Part shown: positions 1 through 9,946 of the stretch, piece by piece | How positions within the stretch are numbered: the first letter of the stretch is position 1 | How the letters are laid out: every line of letters begins with the position of its first letter | IMG/VR virus record: IMGVR_UViG_3300046820_001270 | Location: 32,001 to 96,000 of that record | DNA length: 64,000 nt | Reading direction: 5' to 3' (one strand) | From: a virus | Lineage: Duplodnaviria > Caudoviricetes | Notes under the pieces: model-generated | The model's database searches: none | The model's input: the letters and a program-made list of their open reading frames with translations, nothing else | What the model was told of the DNA's origin: nothing | Position numbers and translations under genes: made by a program

Positions 1-2
1 CA

Positions 3-1595
3 TCGGGAACGGGTACAGAAAGACCTACACCGGCAACAGGTATGATGAGATATAATTCAAGTCGTACTGAGGTTGAGGTGTATGATGGTACTAAGTGGAC
101 GAGCGCACAAAAAAGAAAAGAAAATTATAGTACATCTGGTTTAGTTTGTTATATAGATGCAGGTGACCCACAATGTTATAGTGGTAATGGAAGTACATTA
201 ACAGATTTATCAGGAAATTCAAATAATTTAACATTACCTGGCTCTGGAGTTTCGTTTAATACTTTAGGTGGAGGTTCTTTATATTTTAATGGAACCGCAC
301 GAGCAAACGTTGCACATCATAGTTCATTAGATTTTACAGGTACACAACAATATACGGCTGTAATTTGGGTAAATCCATCTTTGGGTGGAACAACTTGGCA
401 TGGATTAATAAGTAAAGGAGATGCACAACAATATGCGGCAACATTAAGAAGTGCATTCGGGTATATTCATTACGAAACAAATTATTCATTAGGCCCGATA
501 GATACACCAACGAATTCAATAGTAGGGAATAAGTGGCAACAAGTTGTCATTAGAAGTAATGGGTCATCAAAAGCAACATTCATTGATACAATAAGATGTG
601 CATATGTAACGGGATCCGTTAGTTCAACTACAAATACCGAAACATTGAGATTTGGCGAAGGAAATGGTGGGGAATTACTTATTGGATATTTGGGTGCGGT
701 AATGATATATAATAGAGCATTAAGTGATGAAGAAATCGGAAATTTATTTAATGAACAAAGAGGTAGATATGGTGTAGATGCACCATTAGGTTCAGCATTT
801 AATCCAGCAGATTCGGCACAAACAATAAAAACCTTAAATACAAATGCACCAAATGGTGTATATTATATAAATTTACCTAACGTTGGCCCAAGAAAAACAT
901 TTTGTATAATGGATAGTGCCTTTGATGGTGGTGGTTGGATGATGGTAATGAAAGCTACACGAGGAACTACTTTTAATTATGCATCAAGTTATTGGACCAC
1001 TCAAAATGTATTAAATCAAAATAACTTAAATCAAGATGATGGTGATGCTAAATATGATGCATTCAATTATTTTGAAGGTACAGATTTAATGGCAAGATGG
1101 CCCGATATTACAACCAGTGGTGGTAGTATTGCGGGAACAGGAACTTGGACATGGATGGAAAAAGGGTTTAATGGTGGTAGAGATAGTACGCGAACAAATT
1201 TAGTAAATTTCTTTACTAATGCTGGAACATATGAAAATGGTTACGGTGGATACTTCAGAAGAGACGCAAAAACATTTACAGGTTGGGCAAATGGGATATT
1301 TTCAAGTCAGGTGGATATTAGATTTTATGGATTTAATTTTGATGGAGCTGGTAACTATTTTGGAAATGATATGACTAGAGTTAGATGGGGGTTTGGATGG
1401 AATGAAAACGGAGAAGGTTTATATTCATCTCCTGCAACATTAGCAACTGGTGGAGCACCTGGTTCAAATGATGTTGGTGGTGGAATTGGTATGGATACTC
1501 AATTTGGAAGTTATTCAGCAGGTGATAGAATTAATTGTTGTCAAGACACAACCGGTATCAATAGAACCGCTAGAGTAGAGGTCTATATTAGATAG
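3..1595 (+). CDS. Putative virion fibre/receptor-binding protein, LamG (concanavalin A-like) + fibrinogen-like domain; 5' truncated by window edge
   Basis: Frame is open from position 3 (SGTGTERPTPATGMMRYN, a common phage fibre motif). LamG motifs YIDAG..GSTLTDLSGN and MIYNRALS; fibrinogen-type GVYYINLP..FCIMD..DGGGWMMV. Confidence 0.7.
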   Translation, partial: SGTGTERPTPATGMMRYNSSRTEVEVYDGTKWTSAQKRKENYSTSGLVCYIDAGDPQCYSGNGSTLTDLSGNSNNLTLPGSGVSFNTLGGGSLYFNGTARANVAHHSSLDFTGTQQYTAVIWVNPSLGGTTWHGLISKGDAQQYAATLRSAFGYIHYETNYSLGPIDTPTNSIVGNKWQQVVIRSNGSSKATFIDTIRCAYVTGSVSSTTNTETLRFGEGNGGELLIGYLGAVMIYNRALSDEEIGNLFNEQRGRYGVDAPLGSAFNPADSAQTIKTLNTNAPNGVYYINLPNVGPRKTFCIMDSAFDGGGWMMVMKATRGTTFNYASSYWTTQNVLNQNNLNQDDGDAKYDAFNYFEGTDLMARWPDITTSGGSIAGTGTWTWMEKGFNGGRDSTRTNLVNFFTNAGTYENGYGGYFRRDAKTFTGWANGIFSSQVDIRFYGFNFDGAGNYFGNDMTRVRWGFGWNENGEGLYSSPATLATGGAPGSNDVGGGIGMDTQFGSYSAGDRINCCQDTTGINRTARVEVYIR

Positions 1596-1630
1596 TTTAA
1601 TTATTAAAATATTTTTCTTATATTATCTTA

Positions 1631-2362
1631 ATGATTACTAATCAAGACTTCATAACAAATAATATAACGACCAATTTAGGTGAACCTGTTCCATATAAAT
1701 GGACACACGGGGCAACAACCAAACATATGGGTGATGGACTTATTGTATATTCAATAGTGCAACATATGAGGGCAAAAAATTGTCTTTGTATTGGTTCAGG
1801 TGGTGGTTATATACCCCGTATTATGACACAAGCAAGAATTGATTTACACAAGCAACAAATTTTTGAGGGAAATAGTGATTTAAATTGGGGAGATATTGGA
1901 ACGACCTATCTGGTTGACGCTTGCAATGGGGTAGGAGGACCTAACGACTTACAGGATGAGAATTCACACTTCCGTTATACTTTTCACCCCAGATTGATTA
2001 AATCAACGTCAGAAGAGGCGTATTATAATTTCTTTGTTTTACAGGATATTAAATTAGATTTTATCTTTATTGACGGAGATCATTCATATGAAGGAGTTAA
2101 AAAAGATTTTGAATTATATTCACAATTATTAACGGATAAAGGAATTATAATTATACACGATACAGATTCAGATTATGAGGAAAAACTCATAGTTTCTGAG
2201 GATGCAAAAAAAGATCACCATAGATTTGATGGACCATCTAAGTTTATTGAAGAATTAGAAAAAAACCCATCATATAATTTGATTAATTTATTTAATTTTG
2301 GTATATTACCTAATAAACCGTCATCTAGCGGTATTACGGTAATTAATAAGAAAAATGGTTAG
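1631..2362 (+). CDS. Class I SAM-dependent methyltransferase (Methyltransf_24-like)
   Basis: CIGSGGG motif I and DFIFIDGDHSYEGV..GIIIIHD. Confidence 0.8.
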   Translation: MITNQDFITNNITTNLGEPVPYKWTHGATTKHMGDGLIVYSIVQHMRAKNCLCIGSGGGYIPRIMTQARIDLHKQQIFEGNSDLNWGDIGTTYLVDACNGVGGPNDLQDENSHFRYTFHPRLIKSTSEEAYYNFFVLQDIKLDFIFIDGDHSYEGVKKDFELYSQLLTDKGIIIIHDTDSDYEEKLIVSEDAKKDHHRFDGPSKFIEELEKNPSYNLINLFNFGILPNKPSSSGITVINKKNG

Positions 2363-3212
2363 ATTATTAACAGTTATTGGTCACGGAGTTAACTTACTTC
2401 CCCATTTCATCAAACATTATGAAAAACATGTAGATGAAATTAACATTGCCGTTTACGAGACTGAATTATATCCTAATTTAACTAAAGAGATTAATGAAGT
2501 AATAAAAAATTATGAAAAAGTTAAGGTTGTAATAACAATACAAGAAAGAGTATTTGATTGGGAAAAGGTAACACACTTATATAATTTTATCAAATCAAAA
2601 CAAAAAGATAGTTGGTATGTTATTGCAGATATTGATGAATTTCATTTATATCCAAATGATGATTTACATAAATTAATATATGACTGTCAAGAAAATAATT
2701 GGGACATTGTTAGAGGTGGATTTATTGATAGAATTGGTAGAGGAGGTGAGTTTAGTGAGTTAGTTAATGATATATCAATATGGGAACAATTCCCAAATGC
2801 GGGATTTTTTAGATATCCTATGAGTCAAGCGTGTCCAAATAAGATTTGTGTGATGAAAGGTTATGTTGACGTAACATCAGGACAACATTATGCTAAAATA
2901 GATGATCACACAACATGGAGGTGGCAAGGATGGGATCACCCGTTGATTGCACCAATTGAGACCCATTCAGTCCAAGTACATCATTTTAAATGGGATTCAA
3001 CATCAATTGAAAGAGTGTTAAATGTTGCAAACATTGACGAAGACTATGCATTTTCAAATGAGTATTTTAAAATGTATAAAGAACTTAAAAAAACAAACTT
3101 TAAAATAGATTTATTAAAGTCTGAATATATGTTTGAATTAGGATTAATTAATCCTGAATTTAATGATTATAAAAATTGGAATAAATTAATTAAAAAAATT
3201 GTTTCAATATAA
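2355..3212 (+). CDS. GT2-like glycosyltransferase (Glyco_tranf_2_4 type)
   Basis: HFIKHY N-terminus, WYVIADIDEF DxD motif, VHHFKW. Confidence 0.7.
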   Translation: MVRLLTVIGHGVNLLPHFIKHYEKHVDEINIAVYETELYPNLTKEINEVIKNYEKVKVVITIQERVFDWEKVTHLYNFIKSKQKDSWYVIADIDEFHLYPNDDLHKLIYDCQENNWDIVRGGFIDRIGRGGEFSELVNDISIWEQFPNAGFFRYPMSQACPNKICVMKGYVDVTSGQHYAKIDDHTTWRWQGWDHPLIAPIETHSVQVHHFKWDSTSIERVLNVANIDEDYAFSNEYFKMYKELKKTNFKIDLLKSEYMFELGLINPEFNDYKNWNKLIKKIVSI

Positions 3213-4660
3213 TGAAATTAGCAATAATAGTACCGTATAGAGATAGACGTAGTAATTTAGATATATTCATACCACACATGGAAGAATTTTTATCTAACAA
3301 ACAAATAGATTATAAGATTTTTGTTTCAGAACAATCCGACGACAGACCATTTAATTATGGTAAAATTTGTAATGCTATATTTAATGAAATAAAAGATGAC
3401 TACGATTATTTTTGTTTTCATGATGTTGATATGTTACCAATAAACGACGATGCTGATTATTCGTATAAAGAAGAACCAACTCATTTAGTTTTTGAAGATG
3501 AAGATGAAAATGTAATATTACCGTACAATCAATATTTCGGCGGAGTAGTAATATTCAAAAAAGAAGATTTCATCAAAATAAATGGATTTGCAAATGATTA
3601 TTGGGGTAAAGGATATGTTGATTTAGATTTATTATTTAGATGTCAAAAAAACAATTTACCAATAATCAAAAATTATAATTACAGTGTTAAGAATAGTATA
3701 AAACAAGATCTTAAACACCGAAATATAAGTAAAAGATTATCTAAAGTTGAGTTATATGAAAATTCAATAATTGTTAATATGGATTCTAATATAATTGCAA
3801 AAGATTTTACGTTAAGCTTTTACTACACACAAAAACCATTTGTTACAAGTAAAGTTGTTTTATTCAGAACATTAGACACGGTAACAAATGCGGAAAAACA
3901 TAGCCATTTATTTGTTAGTAATAATGATCTACAAATTTTTACCGTAAATGGACAGTTAATTATTCAATTTATGAATAATAATAGTCTATTCCAAATTGAT
4001 ATTAATAGTAATATTGATTTAACCGCACTAAACCACTTTACATTTGTACATAATAGTAAAACAAAAGAATTTACGTTTTACTTAAATGGAATTGAACATA
4101 CAAGTAAAAAATATGACATAGATTACCAATTTTCAAATAAAAATGTTATTATTGGTAATATCGATAATAAAAATATTTTAGAATTATATGATTTAAAATT
4201 ATTTACCACTTCTTTAACAATAAATGAAATTATTAAAAATTATTACTACGGCATTGATTCAAATTGTTTAGATTTTAATCAATTATGTGTTTATCAAGAT
4301 ATTGACGTGTTATTAGATAAACAAATGAATATATGGAAATTAATGGCTAGAACAACGGTTACTAAAGAAAATCAAATTTTAGGTGAAACTAAGATTAATG
4401 ATAAATTAATTCATCAGTTTGGAAAAATAAAATATACACCAATTAAAATGAACGGTAGATATAAATTATTAAATAAAAAATATGAAGAAATTGAAGAAAC
4501 ACATCATCCGGATATTTTGGAAAACAAAAGAACATATTACGAGGACTTATTAAGTGGTAGAATAAAAATTGATAAATTCGGACTTAAGAGTGTAAAATAC
4601 AAATTACTAAATAGGGTGGATTTTAATGAAAACACTGAATGGTTAAAAGTTAGTTTATGA
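3212..4660 (+). CDS. GT7 (beta-1,4-galactosyltransferase-like) with inserted LamG domain; degenerate catalytic motif
   Basis: AIIVPYRDR, RPFNYG, CFHDVDMLP, YFGGV, INGF; WGxGxEDD reads WGKGYVDL; central NHFTFVH..FYLNG LamG. Confidence 0.8.
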   Translation: MKLAIIVPYRDRRSNLDIFIPHMEEFLSNKQIDYKIFVSEQSDDRPFNYGKICNAIFNEIKDDYDYFCFHDVDMLPINDDADYSYKEEPTHLVFEDEDENVILPYNQYFGGVVIFKKEDFIKINGFANDYWGKGYVDLDLLFRCQKNNLPIIKNYNYSVKNSIKQDLKHRNISKRLSKVELYENSIIVNMDSNIIAKDFTLSFYYTQKPFVTSKVVLFRTLDTVTNAEKHSHLFVSNNDLQIFTVNGQLIIQFMNNNSLFQIDINSNIDLTALNHFTFVHNSKTKEFTFYLNGIEHTSKKYDIDYQFSNKNVIIGNIDNKNILELYDLKLFTTSLTINEIIKNYYYGIDSNCLDFNQLCVYQDIDVLLDKQMNIWKLMARTTVTKENQILGETKINDKLIHQFGKIKYTPIKMNGRYKLLNKKYEEIEETHHPDILENKRTYYEDLLSGRIKIDKFGLKSVKYKLLNRVDFNENTEWLKVSL

Positions 4661-5070
4661 TAAAGGAGTTATTACAAAATGAGATGTTTGTTCAAAAATT
4701 GGAAACAATTGCTGAAGAAATTAATTTAATAAAAGAAAATAAAGGTGATTTTAGTTTTTTTGTCCCCAAATTTATTATAAACATGGAAGGATTATTAAAA
4801 ATGTTCCATCCTAATGGATCAAATACATTTGATTACGCATCTAAATTTGAATCAACAAAAGAAGAGAAGATAAGATTACAGGAGGAAAAAAAACAACATT
4901 ACGAAACAATTGCAAGTGCGATGGAATTATATAAAAGAATTGAAGTAATTGATGCTAACATATCATATATTGAAAATGATATATCTGATTCAGAATGGAA
5001 AGTATGGAAGGAAGGTCATGAAGGTATCGCGTTTGATAAAGTAAAAAAATATTTAAATAAAAACAATTAA
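4657..5070 (+). CDS. Hypothetical protein (helical/coiled-coil)
   Basis: 137-aa ORF coupled by ATGA overlap within the operon. Confidence 0.6.
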   Translation: MIKELLQNEMFVQKLETIAEEINLIKENKGDFSFFVPKFIINMEGLLKMFHPNGSNTFDYASKFESTKEEKIRLQEEKKQHYETIASAMELYKRIEVIDANISYIENDISDSEWKVWKEGHEGIAFDKVKKYLNKNN

Positions 5071-5071
5071 A

Positions 5072-5311
5072 ATGGAAAATAAGAAAGAATTAACAACAGA
5101 AGAAAGAGGAGTACAAGCATTAGAGAGTATTGCAAATTCTGCAAGAGACATAAGTGATTGGGTTTATTCTTTAAATACGGAATCGTGGTCTGAAAGACTT
5201 GAGTGGTATTTAAATGAATTTTACTTATTAGCAAAGGCTAAAACAATCGGATCATCAAATAGACCAACAAAAGAATATGAAGAAGAAACTGGCGATAGTA
5301 GTCCCTTATAG
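5072..5311 (+). CDS. Hypothetical protein
   Basis: 79-aa ORF filling the gap between operon genes. Confidence 0.55.
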   Translation: MENKKELTTEERGVQALESIANSARDISDWVYSLNTESWSERLEWYLNEFYLLAKAKTIGSSNRPTKEYEEETGDSSPL

Positions 5312-6527
5312 AGATAGACCAACACATTTAAAAACTTTTGTATCTCATATGAAATCTTATTTAAAAGAATATGATTATGAGATTATAGTTGTTGAACAAT
5401 TTAACAATAAACCATTTAATAGAGGTAAATTGTTAAATGTTGGTGCAAAATATGCAAATGACAACGGATTTGATTATTTATGTTTTCATGATGTTGATAT
5501 GTTACCAATTAAGGTAGATTACTCATATCCTGAACACCCAACTAGTTTAATATCTGAATTAGAAAATAAGGATGGTAATATTTTCTTCTCATATTTTGGA
5601 GGTATTACTTTATTTAAGGTAGAGGATTTTTTTGATATAAATGGATACTCAAACAATTATTGGGGGTGGGGGTTTGAAGACACCGACCTTTTTTACAGAG
5701 TAACACATGGAGGACTATTCTTTGATACTGAAACTATCGGTGAAGATAATTATTCATTTATAGGATCAATCAGTTTAAAGGAATTAGATTACATTAAAAT
5801 ACCAATTACATCTTCATTTATCAATAATGATTTTGAAATAAAATTAACGGCTAAAATAGAATCGAAATATCTTGACGAGAATAAAGAATATGACGAGTTT
5901 CCAATTCTATCAATACCTGGTTATAACATAGGTTTATTTTATAATTCATTTAATAGGTATTTTATTCAGATATACGATCAAAATAAAAAACCATATTCAA
6001 TAACGAGTGACATATTAGACGATATTACATCAATTTTTAAATTTATTAAAGTAGGAAATAAAGTTTCTTTTCATATTAATGAAAAACTAATAGGTGAAAT
6101 TGAAATGGATAAACCAATTTTAGATTTAAACAATAAATTTATGTATGTTGGTTCATTTTCAGAAAAGGAAAATATTGAATTTGACATGGATTTAATCGAT
6201 TTAAATATTAATGGATATTCATTAGGTACTAACGATTTTGAGATGTTTGGAGGAATAATAAATGAAGAAAAAGTAATACCACATAAAACATCTTTACCAA
6301 AACCAGTTAGAAGAGAAGGGTTATTTAGAGAATTATATCATGATACTAACGCATCTATAAATAAATCTTGGGTACACCAAGAAACAAGAAAGAATCAAAT
6401 TTATTATAACAATTTTGTAAAACAAAATTTAATTGATTTTACAAAAGAGGGATTGAACTCATTAAATTATAATTTGATATCGGAAAGTGATAATTTAGAT
6501 TATAAAATTTTATCAGTAGAAATATGA
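5277..6527 (+). CDS. GT7 glycosyltransferase with LamG-like insertion
   Basis: AIVVPYRDR, PFNRGKLLN, FHDVDMLP, YWGWGFEDTD, terminal EGLNSLNY. Confidence 0.85.
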   Translation: MKKKLAIVVPYRDRPTHLKTFVSHMKSYLKEYDYEIIVVEQFNNKPFNRGKLLNVGAKYANDNGFDYLCFHDVDMLPIKVDYSYPEHPTSLISELENKDGNIFFSYFGGITLFKVEDFFDINGYSNNYWGWGFEDTDLFYRVTHGGLFFDTETIGEDNYSFIGSISLKELDYIKIPITSSFINNDFEIKLTAKIESKYLDENKEYDEFPILSIPGYNIGLFYNSFNRYFIQIYDQNKKPYSITSDILDDITSIFKFIKVGNKVSFHINEKLIGEIEMDKPILDLNNKFMYVGSFSEKENIEFDMDLIDLNINGYSLGTNDFEMFGGIINEEKVIPHKTSLPKPVRREGLFRELYHDTNASINKSWVHQETRKNQIYYNNFVKQNLIDFTKEGLNSLNYNLISESDNLDYKILSVEI

Positions 6528-7936
6528 GTCATAAGTTAGGTATTTGTATACCATATAGAAACAGAGAAGAACATTTAAAAAAATTAATTCCACATTTATC
6601 TAAACACCTAAATGACCAAGAAATTGAACATAAGTTCTATGTTGGACACCAAGTTGATGATAAGTTATTTAATAGAGGCGCAATGAAAAATATTGCGGCA
6701 AAATATGCATTTGACGATGGTTGCGATTATGTGGCTTGGCACGATGTTGATATGTTACCTAAATTAGACGCTGATTATTCTTATCCAACCGAAAACCCAT
6801 TACATATTGCAACTAAGTTATCTAAATATAACTACACTTTAGGGTATGATCAGTATTTCGGAGGAGTTATTTTATTTACCAAAGAACAAGTTGAAAAGAC
6901 CAATGGTTATTCAAACGACTATTGGGATTGGGGTATGGAGGACGATGATTTATTTTGGAGATGTTATTTTGAGGGAATGACGACAGGTAAAATATTTAAA
7001 AACTACACAGATAAATCATTTGGATATTTCGATGGAACATCTTCACATGTTGAAATTGCAAATAGAACTGCCGCAGAATGTTTAAATAAAAATCATACAA
7101 TTTCCGTGTTAGTTAGTGCAGAACAACAAACAAACAAAGTACCCATATTTTTAATTGGAGATGAAGAAAAACAATTTATTGAGTACCCAATTTTAACTAA
7201 AAGTGGTGGTTATAGTTATATGTTATCTTTCAATAATTCAAGGGCATATACAATGAGGTTATTTAACGATGCACGTACACAAATATACAATTGGATCAAA
7301 AGATTTGAAAACATGTGGACTTGGATAACCATATCAGTTAATACCGATACTAAGGAAATTTATTTTTATCTAAATGACGAATTGGTAAGAAATATCAATG
7401 ACGTTAAAGAAAAACTACCTGTTTCAATTACTGGAAATGGATTATTAAGGTACGATATGAGAAACCCATTTTATTTAGGGTTTGATAAACAAACAAATAA
7501 TAGATTTAAAGGTAAAATTTCGGAGATTAAAGTTTATAACAAGTACTTTACCCCTGAAGAAATATCTACCGTTCTTGAGAAGAAAACTACCGAAGGATTG
7601 GTATTTGAGTACGATTTCACAAACAATGATAATATAGTTTTAAATAATGTTAAAATAGAGAAAGAAAACATCAACATTATTGAAAATATCATACCATATA
7701 GAAAAGAAGGTAGTTTTGAATGTTTAGAACATATAGATGAGGGATTTAAGAACGGAACATGGGCTAAAGGTGAAACCACCGCAAGAAATGAAAAGAGATT
7801 TATCATGGAAATGCAACAAAATAAGATTAATTACAAATCGGAAGGTTATAATGAAGTTTTAGATATTATGGAAATTGTTAATATAAATGAAACTGATTAT
7901 CATAACACAGTATTTATTAATGTTAATATGAAATAA
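6524..7936 (+). CDS. GT7 glycosyltransferase with LamG insertion
   Basis: ICIPYRNR, LFNRGAMKN, WHDVDMLP, YWDWGMEDDD; LamG WTWITIS..FYLN..FKGKISEIKVYN. Confidence 0.85.
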   Translation: MSHKLGICIPYRNREEHLKKLIPHLSKHLNDQEIEHKFYVGHQVDDKLFNRGAMKNIAAKYAFDDGCDYVAWHDVDMLPKLDADYSYPTENPLHIATKLSKYNYTLGYDQYFGGVILFTKEQVEKTNGYSNDYWDWGMEDDDLFWRCYFEGMTTGKIFKNYTDKSFGYFDGTSSHVEIANRTAAECLNKNHTISVLVSAEQQTNKVPIFLIGDEEKQFIEYPILTKSGGYSYMLSFNNSRAYTMRLFNDARTQIYNWIKRFENMWTWITISVNTDTKEIYFYLNDELVRNINDVKEKLPVSITGNGLLRYDMRNPFYLGFDKQTNNRFKGKISEIKVYNKYFTPEEISTVLEKKTTEGLVFEYDFTNNDNIVLNNVKIEKENINIIENIIPYRKEGSFECLEHIDEGFKNGTWAKGETTARNEKRFIMEMQQNKINYKSEGYNEVLDIMEIVNINETDYHNTVFINVNMK

Positions 7937-7992
7937 ATTATGTTATTACAAATATTTTTTGTATATTTGTTATAACATACAAAAAATTAAAA

Positions 7993-9375
7993 ATGGATTA
8001 CTTAGAAGAAGTCAAACATAATTTAGACGGGGTGGGTTGCGGTTTTTGTTTAGCGAAATGGACACAAGTTACTATGCATTTACATAATGGATTTACCCAT
8101 TCTTGTCACCATCCGAGTCCACATAAAATACCTTTAGAGGAGTTAGAAACAAACCCAACCGCATTACATAACACATCATTTAAGAAGAAGATTCGAGAAG
8201 AAATGTTATTAGGTAAAAAACCTAGCGAGTGTAATTATTGTTGGAATATTGAAAAGAATTCAGAATCATATTCTGATAGAGTTTTTAAAAGTTCAGAAGA
8301 GTGGTCATTAAAACATTTTAAAGAGATTAAGGAATTACCTTGGGACGCTAACTATAACCCAAAATACGTCGAAGTTAGTTTTTCAAATACATGTAATTTC
8401 AAATGTTCATATTGTGGACCTACGTTTTCATCTCGATGGGTGGAAGAATCCGAACAACATGGAGGTTACCCAACATCAAATAATTTTAATAATTTAGATT
8501 GGCTTAAAAATACAAATCAGATCCCTTACAAACAAACTGAAGATAATCCATATTTGGAGGCATTTTGGAAATGGTGGCCTGTATTATATACAACTTTAGA
8601 CACATTTAGAATAACAGGAGGAGAACCTTTATTATCAAAAGACACATGGGGTATTTTAGAATATATTGCAACAACTGAAAATCCAAACAGAGATTTAAAT
8701 ATATCAATCAATTCTAATTTAGGAGTACCAAAAAACTTGATAGAAAAAATGGTAGATCTATGTGAAAAAATAATTAACGAAGGAAGAGTTAAGACTTTAA
8801 TAATTTTTACATCTTGTGAATCATATGGTGAACAGGCAGAGTACGGTAGACATGGATTAAATTATAGTAATTTTATTGAAAATGTTGAATATATATTACA
8901 AAGATTACCAAAGGTTACTATTAACATTATGGCAGCCTTTAACGTATTTTCTCCATTTGGTTATACTAAATTAGTTGACGAAGTCTTCCAATTAAAAAAG
9001 AAGTACCATAATAATGAGAGATATTGGGTTTCCGCAATTCAGTTAGATACGTCGTATATTAGATCCCCATCATTCTTATCTGTTAAAATATTAGAAGATG
9101 ATCATAAGAAATTAATTTTGGAAAGTGCAAAGAAGAGTTTTTATTATGCTATGCCTGAATTTACAAATGAATATTATGGTTTTTCAAATACCGAAGTTCA
9201 AAAAATAAAAAGATTGTATGATTATGCAATTGGTAACGATTATTTATATGACGTTGAACAAAATAGAGTTGATTTTGTAAACTTTGTCGATGAACATGAT
9301 AAAAGAAGAGGAACAAACTTTTTACAAACATTTCCTGAATTAGAAAATTTATATAACAATGTTAAAAATAGATAA
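7993..9375 (+). CDS. Radical SAM enzyme with N-terminal twitch/SPASM-like Cys cluster
   Basis: CNFKCSYC, ITGGEP, N-terminal CLAKW..SCHH..CNYCW. Confidence 0.9.
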   Translation: MDYLEEVKHNLDGVGCGFCLAKWTQVTMHLHNGFTHSCHHPSPHKIPLEELETNPTALHNTSFKKKIREEMLLGKKPSECNYCWNIEKNSESYSDRVFKSSEEWSLKHFKEIKELPWDANYNPKYVEVSFSNTCNFKCSYCGPTFSSRWVEESEQHGGYPTSNNFNNLDWLKNTNQIPYKQTEDNPYLEAFWKWWPVLYTTLDTFRITGGEPLLSKDTWGILEYIATTENPNRDLNISINSNLGVPKNLIEKMVDLCEKIINEGRVKTLIIFTSCESYGEQAEYGRHGLNYSNFIENVEYILQRLPKVTINIMAAFNVFSPFGYTKLVDEVFQLKKKYHNNERYWVSAIQLDTSYIRSPSFLSVKILEDDHKKLILESAKKSFYYAMPEFTNEYYGFSNTEVQKIKRLYDYAIGNDYLYDVEQNRVDFVNFVDEHDKRRGTNFLQTFPELENLYNNVKNR

Positions 9376-9943
9376 GGGACAACCATGGGTTATGTGGCCA
9401 GATAATTTGGTTAGTAATTTCATTGAAAACCCATCCAATAAAATATTTGATCACGACGGGGATTTTAATTTCACAATGAAATTTGAATTACCTGAACCGA
9501 TTAAAGAAAAGAAAACGTTAATTGCAAAATTACCAAGTTATTTCGGTCTTGATATTGTACCCGATGGTTGTCTCTTAATTTACAGATATAAATCGGCAAT
9601 TGAAACATTTCATTTATTTGAGGAATGTACTTGGGATATGAACATTATATATACATTAGTTATTGAGAAAATTGGTGATAAATTAACCATAAAAATAGAT
9701 GATAAAGTATCGTTTAATCTTGATTTAATTTTTAGATTGGGTTATGATGATAATTCACATATTATTTTTGGAGCAGGTAATTTTCCTAAAAATGGATTTA
9801 ATTTAAATTATTTACCGGTTAATTTACACTACCTATCAATAACTAAGGATAACGAATTAATATCAGAACATAATTTTGAGACTTTTATATACGATAAAAG
9901 TTTTGACTTAACTGATAATTGTAATTTTATACATAAAATTTAA
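9359..9943 (+). CDS. Hypothetical beta-sandwich (LamG-like) protein
   Basis: Alternating beta-strand pattern, HIIFGAG..F..NLHYL similar to LamG C-termini; weak. Confidence 0.45.
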   Translation: MLKIDKGQPWVMWPDNLVSNFIENPSNKIFDHDGDFNFTMKFELPEPIKEKKTLIAKLPSYFGLDIVPDGCLLIYRYKSAIETFHLFEECTWDMNIIYTLVIEKIGDKLTIKIDDKVSFNLDLIFRLGYDDNSHIIFGAGNFPKNGFNLNYLPVNLHYLSITKDNELISEHNFETFIYDKSFDLTDNCNFIHKI

Positions 9944-9946
9944 AAT

